Position numbers and translations under genes: made by a program. Below are positions 25,694-37,872 of a DNA stretch of 64,000 nucleotides, piece by piece. The notes beneath the pieces are model-generated. The model searched no databases. It saw only the letters and a program-made list of their open reading frames with translations, and was not told the origin of the DNA. Every line of letters starts with the position of its first letter. The stretch's first letter is position 1. The stretch is from Mobula hypostoma (lineage: Eukaryota), in assembly GCF_963921235.1 (NCBI RefSeq), contig NC_086097.1, positions 1-64,000 on the forward strand, written 5' to 3'.

Positions 25694-28600
25694 TAACCCC
25701 CCCCCCCCGCAGAACCGGCGTCACCTCCCCCAATGTCCACAGACTGGATCGGCCTCTGTTTGGTGGGAGGTCTGCCCCTGCGCCGCGGTGCCTGAGCCTG
25801 GACTGGCTGTTCCAAGTCCACATGGGCCGGTTTGAGTCGGTCCACCGTGAAAACCTCCTCTCTCCCCCCAATGTCCAGCACGAACGTGGACCCGTTGTTC
25901 CTGATCACCTTTAACGGCCCCTCGTAGGGCCGCTGTAGCGGTGCCCGGTCTCCGCCCCGTCGTACAAAATAAAACTTACAGTTCTGCAGGTCTTTGGGTA
26001 CGCAGGTCGGGCTCTGTCCATGCTGTGAAGTCGGTATGGGGGCCAGGTTACCGAGCCTCTCACGTAGTTTGTCCAGGACTGCTGCGGGTTCTTCCTCTTG
26101 CCACCTTGGGGCTGGTATGAAGTCTCCTGGGACGACCAGGGGTGCGCCGTACACGAACTCGGTCGACGAGTCGTGCAGATCTTCTTTGGGCGCCGTGCGG
26201 ATTCCGAGCAGGACCCAGGGAAGTTCGTCCACCCAGTTAGGCCCCTCCAGGCGGGCCATGAGAGCCGACTTCAGGTGACGGTGGAAGCGCTCCACTAGTC
26301 CGTTCGACTGTGGGTGGTAGGCAGTTGTGTGGTGTAGCTGTGTTCCTAAAAGGCTGGCCATAGCCGACCTCAGGCTGAGGTGAACTGGGCTCCCCTGTCG
26401 GAGGTAATGTGGGCCGGTACCCTGAAGCGGGCTACCCAGGTTGCGATCAGTGCTCGGGCGCAGGATTCGGAGGTGGTGTCGGTGAGCGGGCCTGCCCCTG
26501 GCCATCTGGTGAAGCGGTCTATCATAGTTAGGAGGTACCGCGCTCCTCGCGACACTGGCAGGGGCCCCACGATATCCACATGGATGTGGTCGAATCTCCG
26601 GCGGGTGGGTTCGAACCGCTGCGGTGGAGCCTTGGTGTGCCGCTGCTCCTTGGCCGTTTGGCACTGCATGCACGTTTTGGCCCATTCACTGACCTGTTTA
26701 CGAAGTCCATGCCACACGATTCTGTTGGAGACCAGCCGGACGGTTATCCTGATGGAGGTGTGCGCTAAATTGTGAATGGACTCTAAAACCTGCCGGCGCC
26801 AGGCTGCTGGGACGACGGGGCGGGGTGGCCGGTAGCTGCATCACATAGTAGGATCCTCTCACCTGGGCCTACGGGGAGGTCTTGGAGCTGCAAACCGGAG
26901 ACTGCAGTCCTGTAACTGGGGATCTCAGCGTCTGTCTGCTGTGCCTCTGCCAGCGCTGCATAGTCCACCCCCTGGGACAGGGCCTGTATGGTAGGTCTGG
27001 ATAGTGCGTCCGCCACGACGGTTTCCTTTCCAGAGACATGCCGGATGTCTGTCGTGTACTCGGAGATGTAGGACAGATGTCGCTGCTGGCGGGACGACCA
27101 GGGGTCGGACATCTTCATGAACGCAAAGGTAAGCGGTTTGTGGTCTGTGAACGCGGTGAAGGGCCTACCTTCTAAGAAGTACCTGAACTACCGGATTGCC
27201 AGGTATAGTGCCAATAGCTCCCGGTCGAAAGCACTATATTTGAGTTCAGGTGGTCGTAGGTGTTTGCTGAACAACGCCAGGGGTTGCCAGCGACCCTCGA
27301 TGAGTTGTTCCAGCACTCCACCGACCGCTGTGTTGGATGCGTCCAGAGTGAGGGCAGTAGGAACGTCCGTTCTGGGGTGCACTAGCATCGCGGCGTTTGC
27401 CGAGGCTTCTTTGGTTTTAACGAAAGCGGCTGCGGCCTCTTCGTCCCAGGTAATGTCCTTGCCCTTACCCGACATTAGAGTGAACAGGGGGCGCATGGTT
27501 CGGTCTGCTGAGGGGAGGAAACGGTGGTAGAAATTCACCATACCCACGAATTCCTGCAGGCCTTTGATTGTGTTGGGTCGGGGGAAGTTGCGGACCGCGT
27601 CTATCTTGGCGGGCAGTGGGGTTGCCCCGTCTTTAGTAATCCTGTGGCCCAGGAAGTCGATGGAATCGAGTCCGAACTCGCATTTGGCTGGGTTGATTAT
27701 AAGGCCGAATTCGCTCAGGCGGGAGTAGAGCTGGCGGAGGTGGGACAGGTGCTCCTGCCGACTACTGCTGGCTATGAGGATGTCGTCCAAATAGATGAAT
27801 GCAAAGTCCAGGTCGCGTCCCACCGCGTCCATTAGCCGCTGGAAAGTCTGTGCGGCATTCTTTAGACCAAACGGCATTCGGAGGAATCCGACAACTCCGA
27901 ACGGGGTGATGAGTGCTGTTTTGGGGATGTCGTCCGGATGTACCGGGATTTGATGGTATCCCCGGACGAGGTCTACCTTGGAAAAGATCCTTGCGCCGTG
28001 TAGGTTGGGTGCAAAGTCTTGACGTGCGGCACAGGGTAGCGGTCTGGCGTTGTAGCCTCGTTCACTCTGCGGTAGTCACCGCATGGTCTCCAGCCCCCCG
28101 TTGCCTTGGGCACCATGTGCAGGGGGGAGGCCCATGGGCTGTCTGACCGTCGTATGATCCCCAATTCCTCCATCTTCTTGAACTCCTCCTTCGCCAGTCG
28201 GAGCTTGTCCGGGGGAAGCCTTCGAGCACGGGCGTGGAGGGGTGGTCCCTGGGTCGGGATGTGGTGCTGTACTCCGTGTCTGGGCATGGCTGCCGTGTAC
28301 TGCGGTGTCAGTACTGATGGGAAATCCGCCAGGACCCTGGTGAATTCATCGTTGGACAGCGTGAGGGAGTCCAGGTGTGGGGCTGGCAACTTCGCTTCAC
28401 CCAGGGAGAACGTTTGAAAAGTCTTGGCGTGGACTAGTCGCTTCCCTTGCAGGTCGACCAGCAGGCTGTGGGCGCGCAGAAAATCCACCCCCGGCACTGG
28501 TTGGGCCACGGCGGCCAGTGTGAAGTCCCACGTGAACCGGCTGGAGCTGAACTGTAGCCGCGCCGTGCGGGTGCCGTAGGTTCGTATTGTGCTGCCATTA

Positions 28601-28785
28601 GCGGCTCTCAGGGTGGGTCCGGGTTCTCTGTTGCGGGTGTCGTAACTCGTTGGAGGTAAAACGCTGATCTCCGCTCCGGTGTCGACCAAAAATCGGCGTC
28701 CCGACTGCTTGTCCCAGACGTACAGGAGGCTGTCCTGATGGCCAGCCGCCGTAGCCATCAGCAGCGGCTGGCCCTGGCGTTTCCC
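25694..28785 (-). pseudogene. Gypsy pol (protease, RT, RNase H, integrase), frameshifted
   Basis: LVDTGA, PWASPL, MPFGLKNA, YLDD, DAS, HVDIVGP, SDRG, HPQSNGLVER, GPLKV across ORF pieces 27973-28953, 27188-27877, 26783-27118, 26370-26717 and 25486-26685. Confidence 0.92.
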
Positions 28786-31700
28786 GGGAATTTGCAGGGT
28801 GGTCTGCAGCGGCGGGCCTCTGTGCCCCACCGCTGGTGGTAGAAGCACCATTGTTCGTTGGGCTCTGCTGCCGGGCCTGGTCTGGTCTGTCGTTGGGCAT
28901 GCGGCTTGGTGATCTGTGCGACGGACGCCCCTCTCTCCTTCTTGGCATTCCACAACACATCTGCTCTTGCCGCCACCTCCCGGGGGTCGCTGAAATCTGT
29001 ATCGGACAGCAGCAGGCGTATGTCCTCGGGCAGTTGATCTAGGAACGCCTGCTCAAACATAGAAACATAGAAAATAGGTGCAGGGGTAGGCCATTCGGCC
29101 CTTCGAGCCTGCACCGCCATTTATTATGATCATGGCTGATCATCCAACTCAGAACCCTGCACCAGCCTTCCCTCCATACCCCCTGATCCCCGTAGCCACA
29201 AGGGCCATATCTAACTCCCTCTTAAATATAGCCAATGAACTGGCCTCAACTGTTTCAGAGAACTCCACAGATTCACCACTCTCTGTGTGAAGAAGTTTTT
29301 CCTAATCTCAGTCCTAAAAGGCTTCCCCTTTATCCTCAAACTGTGACCCCTCGTTCTGGACTTCCCCAACATCGGGAACAATCTTCCTGCATCCAGCCTG
29401 TCCAATCCCTTTAGGATTTTATATGTTTCAATCAGATCCCCCCTCAATCTTCTAAATTCCAACGAGTACAAGCCCAGTTCATCCAGTCTTTCTTCATATG
29501 AAAGTCCTGCCATCCCAGGAACAAATCTGGTGAACCTTCTTTGCACTCCCTCTATGGCAAGGATGTCTTTCCTCAGATTAGGGGACCAAAACTGCACACA
29601 ATACTCCAGGTGTGGTCTCACCAAGGCCTTGTACAACTGTAGTAGTACCTCCCTGCTCCTGTACTCGAATCCTCTTGCTATAAATGCCAGCATACCATTC
29701 GCCTTTTTCACCGCCTGCTGTACCTGCATGCCCACTTTCAATGACTGGTGTATAATGACACCCAGGTCTCGTTGCACCTCCCTTCTCCTAATCGGCCACC
29801 ATTCAGATAATAATCTGTTTTCCTATTTTTGCCACCAAAGTGGATAACTTCACATTTATCCACATTAAATTGCATCTGCCATGAATTTGCCCACTCACCC
29901 AACCTATCCAAGTTACCCTGCATCCTCTTAGCATCCTCCTCACAGCTAACACTGCCGCCCAGCTTCGTGTCATCCGCAAACTTGGAGATGCTGCATTTAA
30001 TTCCCTCATCCAAGTCATTAATATATATTGTAAACAACTGGGGTCCCAGCACTGAGCCTTGCGGTACCCCACGAGTCACTGCCTGCCATTCTGAAAAGGT
30101 CCCGTTTATTCCCACTCTTTGCTTCCTGTCTGCTAACCAATTCTCTATCCACATCAATACCTTACCCCCAATACCGTGTGCTTTAAGTTTGCACACTAAT
30201 CTCCTTTGTGGGACCTTGTCAAAAGCCTTTTGAAAATCCAAATATACCACATCCACTGGTTCTCCCCTATCCACTCTACTAGTTACATCCTCAAAAAATT
30301 CTATGAGATTTGTCAGACATGATTTTCCTTTCATAAATCCATGCTGACTTTGTCCGATGATTTCACCGCTTTCCAAATGTGCTGTTATCACATCTTTGAT
30401 AACTGACTCTAGCAGTTTCCCCACCACCGATGTTAGGCTAACCGGTCTATAATTCCCCGGTTTCTCTCTCCCTCCTTTTTTAAAAAGTGGGGTTACATTA
30501 GCCACCCTTCAATCCTCAGGAACTAGTCCAGAATCTAACGAGTTTTGAAAAATTATCACTAATGCATCCACTATTTCTTGGGCTACTTCCTTAAGCACTC
30601 TGGAATGCAGACCATCTGGCCCTGGGGATTTATCTGCCTTTAATCCCTTCAATTTACCCAACACCACTTCCCTACTAACATGCATTTCCCTCAGTTCCTC
30701 CATCTCACTGGACCCTCTGTCCCCTACTATTTCTGGAAGATTATTTATTTCCTCCTTAGTGAAGACAGAACCAAAGTAATTATTCAATTGGTCTGCCATG
30801 TCCTTGCTCCCCATAATCAATTCACCTTTTTCTGTCTGTAGGGGACCTACATTTGTCTTTACCAGTCTTTTCCTTTTTACATATCTATAAAAGCTTTTAC
30901 AGTCAGTTTTTATGTTCCCTGCCAGTTTTCTCTCATAATCTTTTTCCCCTTCCTAATTAAGCCCTTTGTCCTCCTCTGCTGAACTCTGAATTTCTCCCAG
31001 TCCTCAGGTGAGCCACTTTTTCTGGCTAATTTGTATGCTTCTTCTTTGGAATTGATACTATCCCTAATTTCTCTTGTCAGCCACGAGTGCACTACCTTCC
31101 TTGATTTATTCTTTTGCCAAACTGGGAAGAACAATTGTTGTAGTTCATCCATGCAATCCTTAAATGCTTGCCATTGCATATCCACCGTCAATCCTTTAAG
31201 TGTCATTTGCCAGTCTATCTTAGCTAATTCATGTCTCATACCTTCAAAGTTACCCCTCTTTAAGTTCAGAACCTTTGTTTCTGAATTAACTATGTCACTC
31301 TCCATCTTAATGAAGAATTCCACCATATTATGGTCACTCTTATCCAAGGGGCCTCTCACGACAAGATTGCTAATTAACCCTTCCTCGTTGCTCAAAACCC
31401 AGTCTGGAATAGCCTGCTCTCTAGTTGGTTCCTCGACATGTTGGTTCAAAAAACCATCCTGCATACATTCCAAGAAATCCTCTTCCTCAGCACCTTTACC
31501 AATTTGGTTCACCCAATCTACATGTAGATTGAAGTCACCCATTATAACTGCTGTTCCTTTATTGCACACATTTCTAATTTCCTGTTTAATACCATCTCCG
31601 ACCTCACTACTACTGTTAGGTGGCCTGTACACATCCCACCAGCATTTTCTGCCCCTTAGTGTTATGCAGCTCTACCCATATCGATTCCACATCTTCCCGG

Positions 31701-32136
31701 CTTATGTCATTCCTTTATATTGCGTTAATCTCATCTTTAACCAGCAACGCCACCCCACCTGCCATGAGGCAGGGTTTGTGTCCTTCAGCCAGGGCCAGCA
31801 TTTCGTTCTTTAATGCCGATGGCGGCCTGTCTCCCAAACCATCCAGGTGCATTAAGCGGCGTGCTCGTTCGCGCCGTGAGAGTCCAAAAGTCCTTATGAG
31901 CAGGGCTTTGAATGCTGTGTATTTGCTGTTCTCCGGGGGCAACTGTATAAACTCCTCAACTTGTGCAGCAGTCTCTTGGTCGACAGAGCTCAGCACGTAG
32001 TAGTAGCGAGTGGACTCCGAGGTTATCTGCCGAATGTGGAATTGTGCTTCTGCCTGTTCCAACCACAGACGGGCTCTCAGCGGCCAAAAGCTTGGCAGTT
32101 GTAACGAAACTGCGTGAACAGATGTGGCGTCGGTCA
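28758..32136 (-). pseudogene. Gypsy gag, split by the CR1 insertion
   Basis: MTDATSVHAVSLQLPSFWP...KPCLM | [10 protein letters not shown]...CFYHQRWG...C; the two halves join at a duplicated CAT. Confidence 0.8.
29061..31762 (-). mobile_element. CR1 LINE, 5'-truncated (partial APE endonuclease + RT + 3' tail)
   Basis: YRPP, GDFN, SDH, PGNYRPVSLTS, GVPQGSVLGP, FADD; (TTTCTATG)n tail at 29058-29075. Confidence 0.95.
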
Positions 32137-32451
32137 TCTCCGGCCCAAATATCGTTTGGGCCGTCGGGGTCACCAAATGTAGTGGTGTGCTACACACAGC
32201 ACTAGAATAACCACACGGAGTCGGTGAGTTGGAGTTGCGATGAAAGGGGTTTATTCAAACTTCGCGGCCTGCTTTAAAGCCTTCCCGTTCCCGCCCTCCC
32301 TGGGGAATGCATATTCTCAGACCCTTTCCGCGCGCGAGATTTTCCCCCTGCTGGTGAAGATGGCCTGGTGCCCTTTTTGCGGCCGGCCCTCTGCCTGCGC
32401 ACGTTGTTGTGAGCTGGTTCGTGTGTGCCAGAAAGTTGGTTGCCACAGTCT

Positions 32452-34363
32452 TACAATTTGAGAGCACACTGGATGAGATAATAGAGAGGGAGAGAGAAGT
32501 ACAGGATAAACCCAATCTAACTAGGAAGGAGAGAGCAGCCCTGAAAGAACTGAGAGAAAATATGGATATTGTTATCAAACCAGAAGATAAAGGGAGCAGC
32601 ATAGTTATCATGGACAAACAGCAATACCTATTTGAGGCACACAGACAATTAAACAACACGGAACACTACACTAAACTAAGGGAACCCATATACTGGGAAA
32701 CACACACAGAGATTAGGAACATTTTGCGAGAACTAGACAGGACTAGATACCTCGGGAAGAAGCAAGTGGAGTACCTGACAGGGATACAGCCACGAGCAAG
32801 AAAGTTCTATATCCTCCCCAAAATACACAAGAGCCCAGATTCATGGACCATTCCGGGAGAAATACCACCCGGCAGGCCCATCGTGTCGGACTGCAGCAGT
32901 GAGTCATACAGGATAGCAGAGTACATTGATGCCTTCCTTAACCCACTATCCCAGAAACACTCCAGCTACATCAAGGACACGTACCACTTTGTCCGGCTGG
33001 TCAATTCCATGTCAGTGCCCCCTGAGGCCATATTTTTCACCATTGACATTGAAAGCCTGTACACCAATATAGAAACCGACAGGGGTATAGAAGCAGTGAG
33101 GGATATCCTACAGAAGAACCCCCAGCTAGAGAGACCAGACAAGGCCTTGGTGGAACTCCTTCACCTCAGCCTGACTAAAAATGACTTTGAATTCAATAAT
33201 GAATTCTACTTGCAATCAAGGGCACAGCGATGGGAAAGAAGTTTGCTCCAGCCTATGCCAATATATACATGGCAAAGTGGGAGGAAACAGTTTATCCAAA
33301 GTGTCCCAAGAAACCCATGTGTCTCTATAGATACCTGGATGACATCTGGGGAGTGTGGACACACTCAGAGGTAGAATTGGAGGAATTTATTCAAATCCTA
33401 AACACTCATCATCCATCCATTAAGGTTAAGGCCACAACAAATAGGGAGAAAATTGACTTCCTGGACACTACGGTATTTAAACTAGCACCAGAAAACGGCA
33501 GCCAGAAACTAGCCACCAAAGTATTCTTTAAAACCACAGACACACACACCCTCCTACACACTGGGAGCCACCATCCCAAACACACCTTTAGAGGCATTGT
33601 CAAAGGACAGCTGACCCGGTTTCATCGCATTTGCACCAGGGCAGAGGACTTCCACCAAGCCACTACTATCCTCTTCTCTGCACTTAGACACAGGGGCTAC
33701 AACAGACGCAGGCTCAGACACATCAAATCTGACTTTTTAAAAAGTATCACAAATCCCCGACCACGGGACAACACAACACAGAAACTACCCTTGATAACAG
33801 GATACAGTGGGATGGCAGTGAATATCCACAAGACAGTCAAAACACACTTTGAAAATCTAAAGGAGGAAGGGGGGACACTGGGACAATACACCATAGTTTC
33901 AGCCTTCAAAGGGGGTAGAAACTTAAAAGACATACTAGTCAGTACCAAAGTATGAACAGCGCCAAACTGTGAAGTGGGAAACTGCAGGGCGTGCATATAC
34001 ATCAGGATTTCAAAAAGCATACACAGCAGAGCTACAGGAAAGTGGGCTGAGATAGAGTAGAGGATAACTTGCGAACAAAAGAATGTAGTATATGCAATCC
34101 AATGTAAACAATGCCATATCATATACATAGGGGAGACAGGCAACAGCCTGAGAACCAGACTCACAGGACACCTCGGTAATATCACAAGAGGAAACCAAAA
34201 CAGACCAGTTAGTAGGCACTTCCTGGAGCATGGAATGTACTCCTTAGCAATCCTGGGCCTGGAAACCAACATAAACTGGTCAAATCTCCAAAGAAAAAGA
34301 GCAGAGAGGAGATGGACTGAAAGACTACAGACGCAGTCCCCAAACGGCCTAAACGAGGCCTAA
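32452..34363 (+). pseudogene. PLE ORF2 main part: reverse transcriptase + Cys-rich linker + GIY-YIG endonuclease (5' part at 25114-25408)
   Basis: PGRPIVS, TIDIESLYTNI, G-T-A-MG, YRYLDDI, FLD; my translation beyond 33955 reads CEVGNCRAC..C..NVVYAIQCKQCHIIYIGETG..LRTR..H..RHF..E..W..L....PNGLN-stop; 1-nt frameshift near 33215 and in-frame stops at 33953 and 34058. Confidence 0.93.
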
Positions 34364-35535
34364 AAAACCAGACCAGCAACATAAAATGTACTCACCGAAG
34401 GGCTAACGCTGCACCCTGTAATTTTAAAAAAATTGAGAAAGTTAGAGTAGGGAAGAAGGGGAAGATCCCCTTCAGTCACCCACCCTGAAACAAATTAAGA
34501 CAGGGGACCATTAAGTAGGAAAGGTTCGTCTTACTTTGGAAATAGAGCCTAACAACCAGGCCCCAGAACAGAACCTAATTCCCCAAGTAGAGAGGAGTAA
34601 AATTAGAAATTATAACGCTACAGGAGATAACCACTAGGAAGAACAGACGCGTAACGACCGGTTTAATCCAGACACAGCACTTGCCCCAACTTCCCAGCGT
34701 CCCCCATGGGAAAGAATACATCCCCAGCACATGACCCTGCCCTGAAACCTAACATCTTCACACCCCATAAACAGATCCTCTTCTCGCCAGAGGAGCAAAC
34801 TCACCCCACATCACCAGTTATACCCCCTGCCGCCCAGCGGGCCCCCCTCAACCCTACCCCCCCAACCTAATCCTAACATCTGGAGGACCACACACCCCAA
34901 CTAAACCCTAACCCTAATTTCCAATGGACCGGGCACCCCAACTAAACCGGACAGCACCCCAAATAACCCAAACCACACCACACTAAAGGGCTTATATAAT
35001 AGTCCTTTGCCCAACCACTAAACCTAACATCTCCAACCCTGCTACATACCCCCATAAACCCAAGCCCTTACCCCATCAATGGGCCAAATTCGCCCAATAT
35101 CACCAGCAGCTAGGCTCCTATTTCAGCCCTCCCCCCTACTGCAGGGGACACCCACACCCCTCGCAATGCCAATTGCCACCCCACCTCCCTTTGCCATGAA
35201 TCCTCAACCCCCATTACCTAACTCTACCCGCGGGCATGTCCCTCCCCACAACACCCCTCAATTAGCTACCGCAAAACCCCCAGATCACAGCACACAGTCC
35301 CTATAAAAAAGACCCAAATCCAAAACACTATCCATAGGCAATAACTCCACTATTGTAACTTAAACTCCAGAATGGAGGTTGAAGAGAATGAAGATCCCAG
35401 TAAAGGAAAGTTGGGGACCAAGATGAAGATGACGTAGGCCAAAAACAAAGTGGTAGGGTAAAGTGATACTGCATCTCCAGTACGAGATCCACAAACACTA
35501 GAGGAATATTTTGCCCACTGCCCGCATACTCGCAT

Positions 35536-35590
35536 CCTAACCCCCTAACCCTAACCCTAACGCAAACCCTTACCCTAACCCTAACCCTAA
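35536..35590. repeat. Interstitial, partly degenerate (CCCTAA)~9 tract in the same orientation as the telomere
   Basis: CCTAACCCCCTAACCCTAACCCTAACGCAAACCCTTACCCTAACCCTAACCCTAA. Confidence 0.9.
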
Positions 35591-35593
35591 TGA

Positions 35594-36890
35594 AGGAGTT
35601 TCAGGGCAGGATGTTTCAGTGCAGGAGATTCAGGGCAGGAGTCTCAGGGCAGGAGTTCCAGGGTTCCAGATTCAGGGCAGTAGTTTCAGGGCAGTAGATT
35701 CAGGACATTTGATTCAGGGCAGGACTTTCAGGGCAGGAGATTCAGGGCAGGAGTTTCAGGGTTCCAGATTCAGGGCAGGAGTTTAATGGAACGAGTTTCA
35801 GGGCAGGATTTGAAGGGCATGAGATTCAATGCAGGAGATTCAGGGCAGGAGATTCAGGGCAGGAGATTCAGGGCAGGAGTTTCAGGGCAGGAGTTTCAGG
35901 GCAAGAGTTTCAGGGTTTGAGATTCAGGCCAGGAGTTTCAGGGCAGGAGACTGAGGGCAGGAGTTTCATGGCAGGGTTTCAGGGCATGGGATTCAGGGCA
36001 AGAGATTCAGGGCAAGAGATTCAGGGCAGGGATTTCAGCACAGGAGATTCAGGGCACGAGTTTCAGGGCTACAGTTTAAGGGCAGGAGTTTCAGAGCAGG
36101 GGTTTCAGCGCAGGAGATTCAGGGAACGAGTTTCAGGGCTACAGTTTAAGGGCAGGAGATTCAGGGTAGGAGTTTCAGAGCAGTAAGTTTTAGTGCAGGA
36201 GTTTTAGGGCAGGATTTTTAGGGCAGGAAGTTTCAGTGCAGGAGATTCAGGGCAGACGTTTCAGGGCAGGAGATTCAGGACAGGAGATTCAGGACAGGAG
36301 TTTCAGGGCAAGAGTTTCAGGGTTCGATATTCAGGTCAATAGTTTCAGGGCAGGAGTTTAACGGCACGAGTTTCAGGGCATGAGATTCAGGGCAGGAGTT
36401 TCATGGCAGGGGTTTCAGGGCATGGGATTCAGGGCAAGAGATTCAGGGTAAGAGATTCAGGGCAGGAGTTTCAGAGCAGGGATTTCAGCGCAGGAGATTC
36501 AGGGCACGAGTTTCAGGGCTACAGTTTAAGGGCAGGAGTTTCAGGGCAGGAATTTCAGAGCAGGAAGTTTTAGGGCAGGAGTTTTAGGGCAGGAGATTCA
36601 GGGCAGGAGTTTCAGGGTTCGAGATTGAGGGCAGTAGTTTCAGGCAGGAGTTTAAGGGCAGTACATTCAGGGCAGGTGATTCAGGGCAGCAGTTTCAGAG
36701 CAGGATGTTTCAGTGCAGGAGATTCAGGGCTTGAGTTTCCAGACAGGAGTTCCAGGGTTCTAGATTCAGTGCAGGACTTTCAGGGCAGCAGATTCAGGGC
36801 AGGAGACTCACAGCAGGAGTTTCAGGGCAGGAGTTTCAGGGCATGTGATTCAATGCAGGTGTTTCAGGGCAGGAGATTCAGGGCACGAGT
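35594..36890. repeat. 14-bp minisatellite, consensus (A/T)TTCAGGGCAGGAG
   Basis: About 90 diverged tandem copies; a variant block recurs at ~35961 and ~36396. Confidence 0.93.
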
Positions 36891-37872
36891 GAAAATGTCT
36901 TACATTATTCCAACATTAAAGTAGTACAAGGAAAAGTAGTAACAGAATGCAGAATAAAATGCAACAGATGCAGAGAAAGTGCACTCCAGATAAACAATAA
37001 GGTGCAACTTCATAAGGAGGTAGTTCATGATGTTAAGAGTCCAATGTATAGTGCAAGTGAACCATTCAATAGTTTTATAACAATGGGGTAGAAGCTGTCC
37101 ATCTGGCAGAGATATTCAGTCAGATTCCCTTCAGTGAAGACAGGCATTTATGGAAATTTTAAAAAGTAAAACTTAAATATTGAACTCTGCTTTTGGGGTT
37201 TCTGTGGCAGCCAATATCCAATCTACCTAACCCCTGCTTTATAAAACCAAATCATACCCGTCCCCTCTGTGTATCTTGCCCATGTGTGCCTTATTCCCTG
37301 AACCATGACAAAGGTTGTAATTTTTTTTCTGTTTACTATGTCAAAAATTATTATGATGCTGAATATTCCCTCTAGCTTCCCAATTTCTTTGTTGCAGAGG
37401 GAATAACTCCAGCATTTCTGGTGACACCTTGCATTTGATACATCCCACCATTGGAACCACCCTTTTTGTACCCTGTCTTCGAGCTGGAGAAATTGTTCCT
37501 CAATCATGCTAGCCAAAAATGGATGCTGTTTCTCAATTTTTACCTCACCATTTTTTAAAATAAAAAATGCTGTCATAGATCTTGCTTGATTTCTGGGCTC
37601 AGGAATGATGTGATTGGTTGAAAAAGCCAAAGAAGGGAAAATATTCACTGATAAATTGCAAGGTTTTATTAATGGGGGGAAAAGTGTTCTGAGAATGTGT
37701 AGAAATATCTATTACAATTAGTGACTTGTGTAAAATGTACTGATTTGTAAATATTTTAAAGGCTTTGGGTAAGTAATATGAAAGAAAGTAAACATCATTT
37801 GCCTGTATGACATGAATATATACCAATCACTCAAAGAGCCTATAGGAATTACTGGAAAACAAGATGTAACAA

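Larger units (their letters stand above)
25409..32447 (-). mobile_element. Gypsy/Ty3 LTR retrotransposon, full structure, ORFs disrupted
   Basis: LTRs 25409-25693 and 32178-32447 (TG..CA); TSD GTCT at 25405-25408 and 32448-32451; PBS TGGTGACCCCGAC (tRNA-Trp-like); polypurine tract next to 25694; order gag-PR-RT-RH-IN. Confidence 0.95.
23996..35545 (+). mobile_element. Telomeric PLE unit 9: originally full-length (~4.5 kb without the insertion) Neptune-like Penelope element, split by a Gypsy insertion
   Basis: ORF1, complete RT, Cys-rich linker, GIY-YIG and ~1.2 kb 3' UTR ending in telomeric repeats. Confidence 0.9.

Noticed and set aside
33953..33955. In-frame TGA before the Cys-rich linker as possible selenocysteine (as in Naiad PLEs)
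   Set aside because: Not at an evident conserved Cys position; the same copy also has a TAG and a frameshift, so decay (for example CGA to TGA) is simpler; no SECIS recognised
35536..36890. Telomere-telomere fusion signature
   Set aside because: A fusion would read TTAGGG then CCCTAA; here CCCTAA is followed by a 14-bp satellite that merely contains TCAGGG
37100..37840. Short ORFs 37193-37375, 37223-37648 and 37599-37826 as host exons
   Set aside because: No recognisable domain or convincing splice structure
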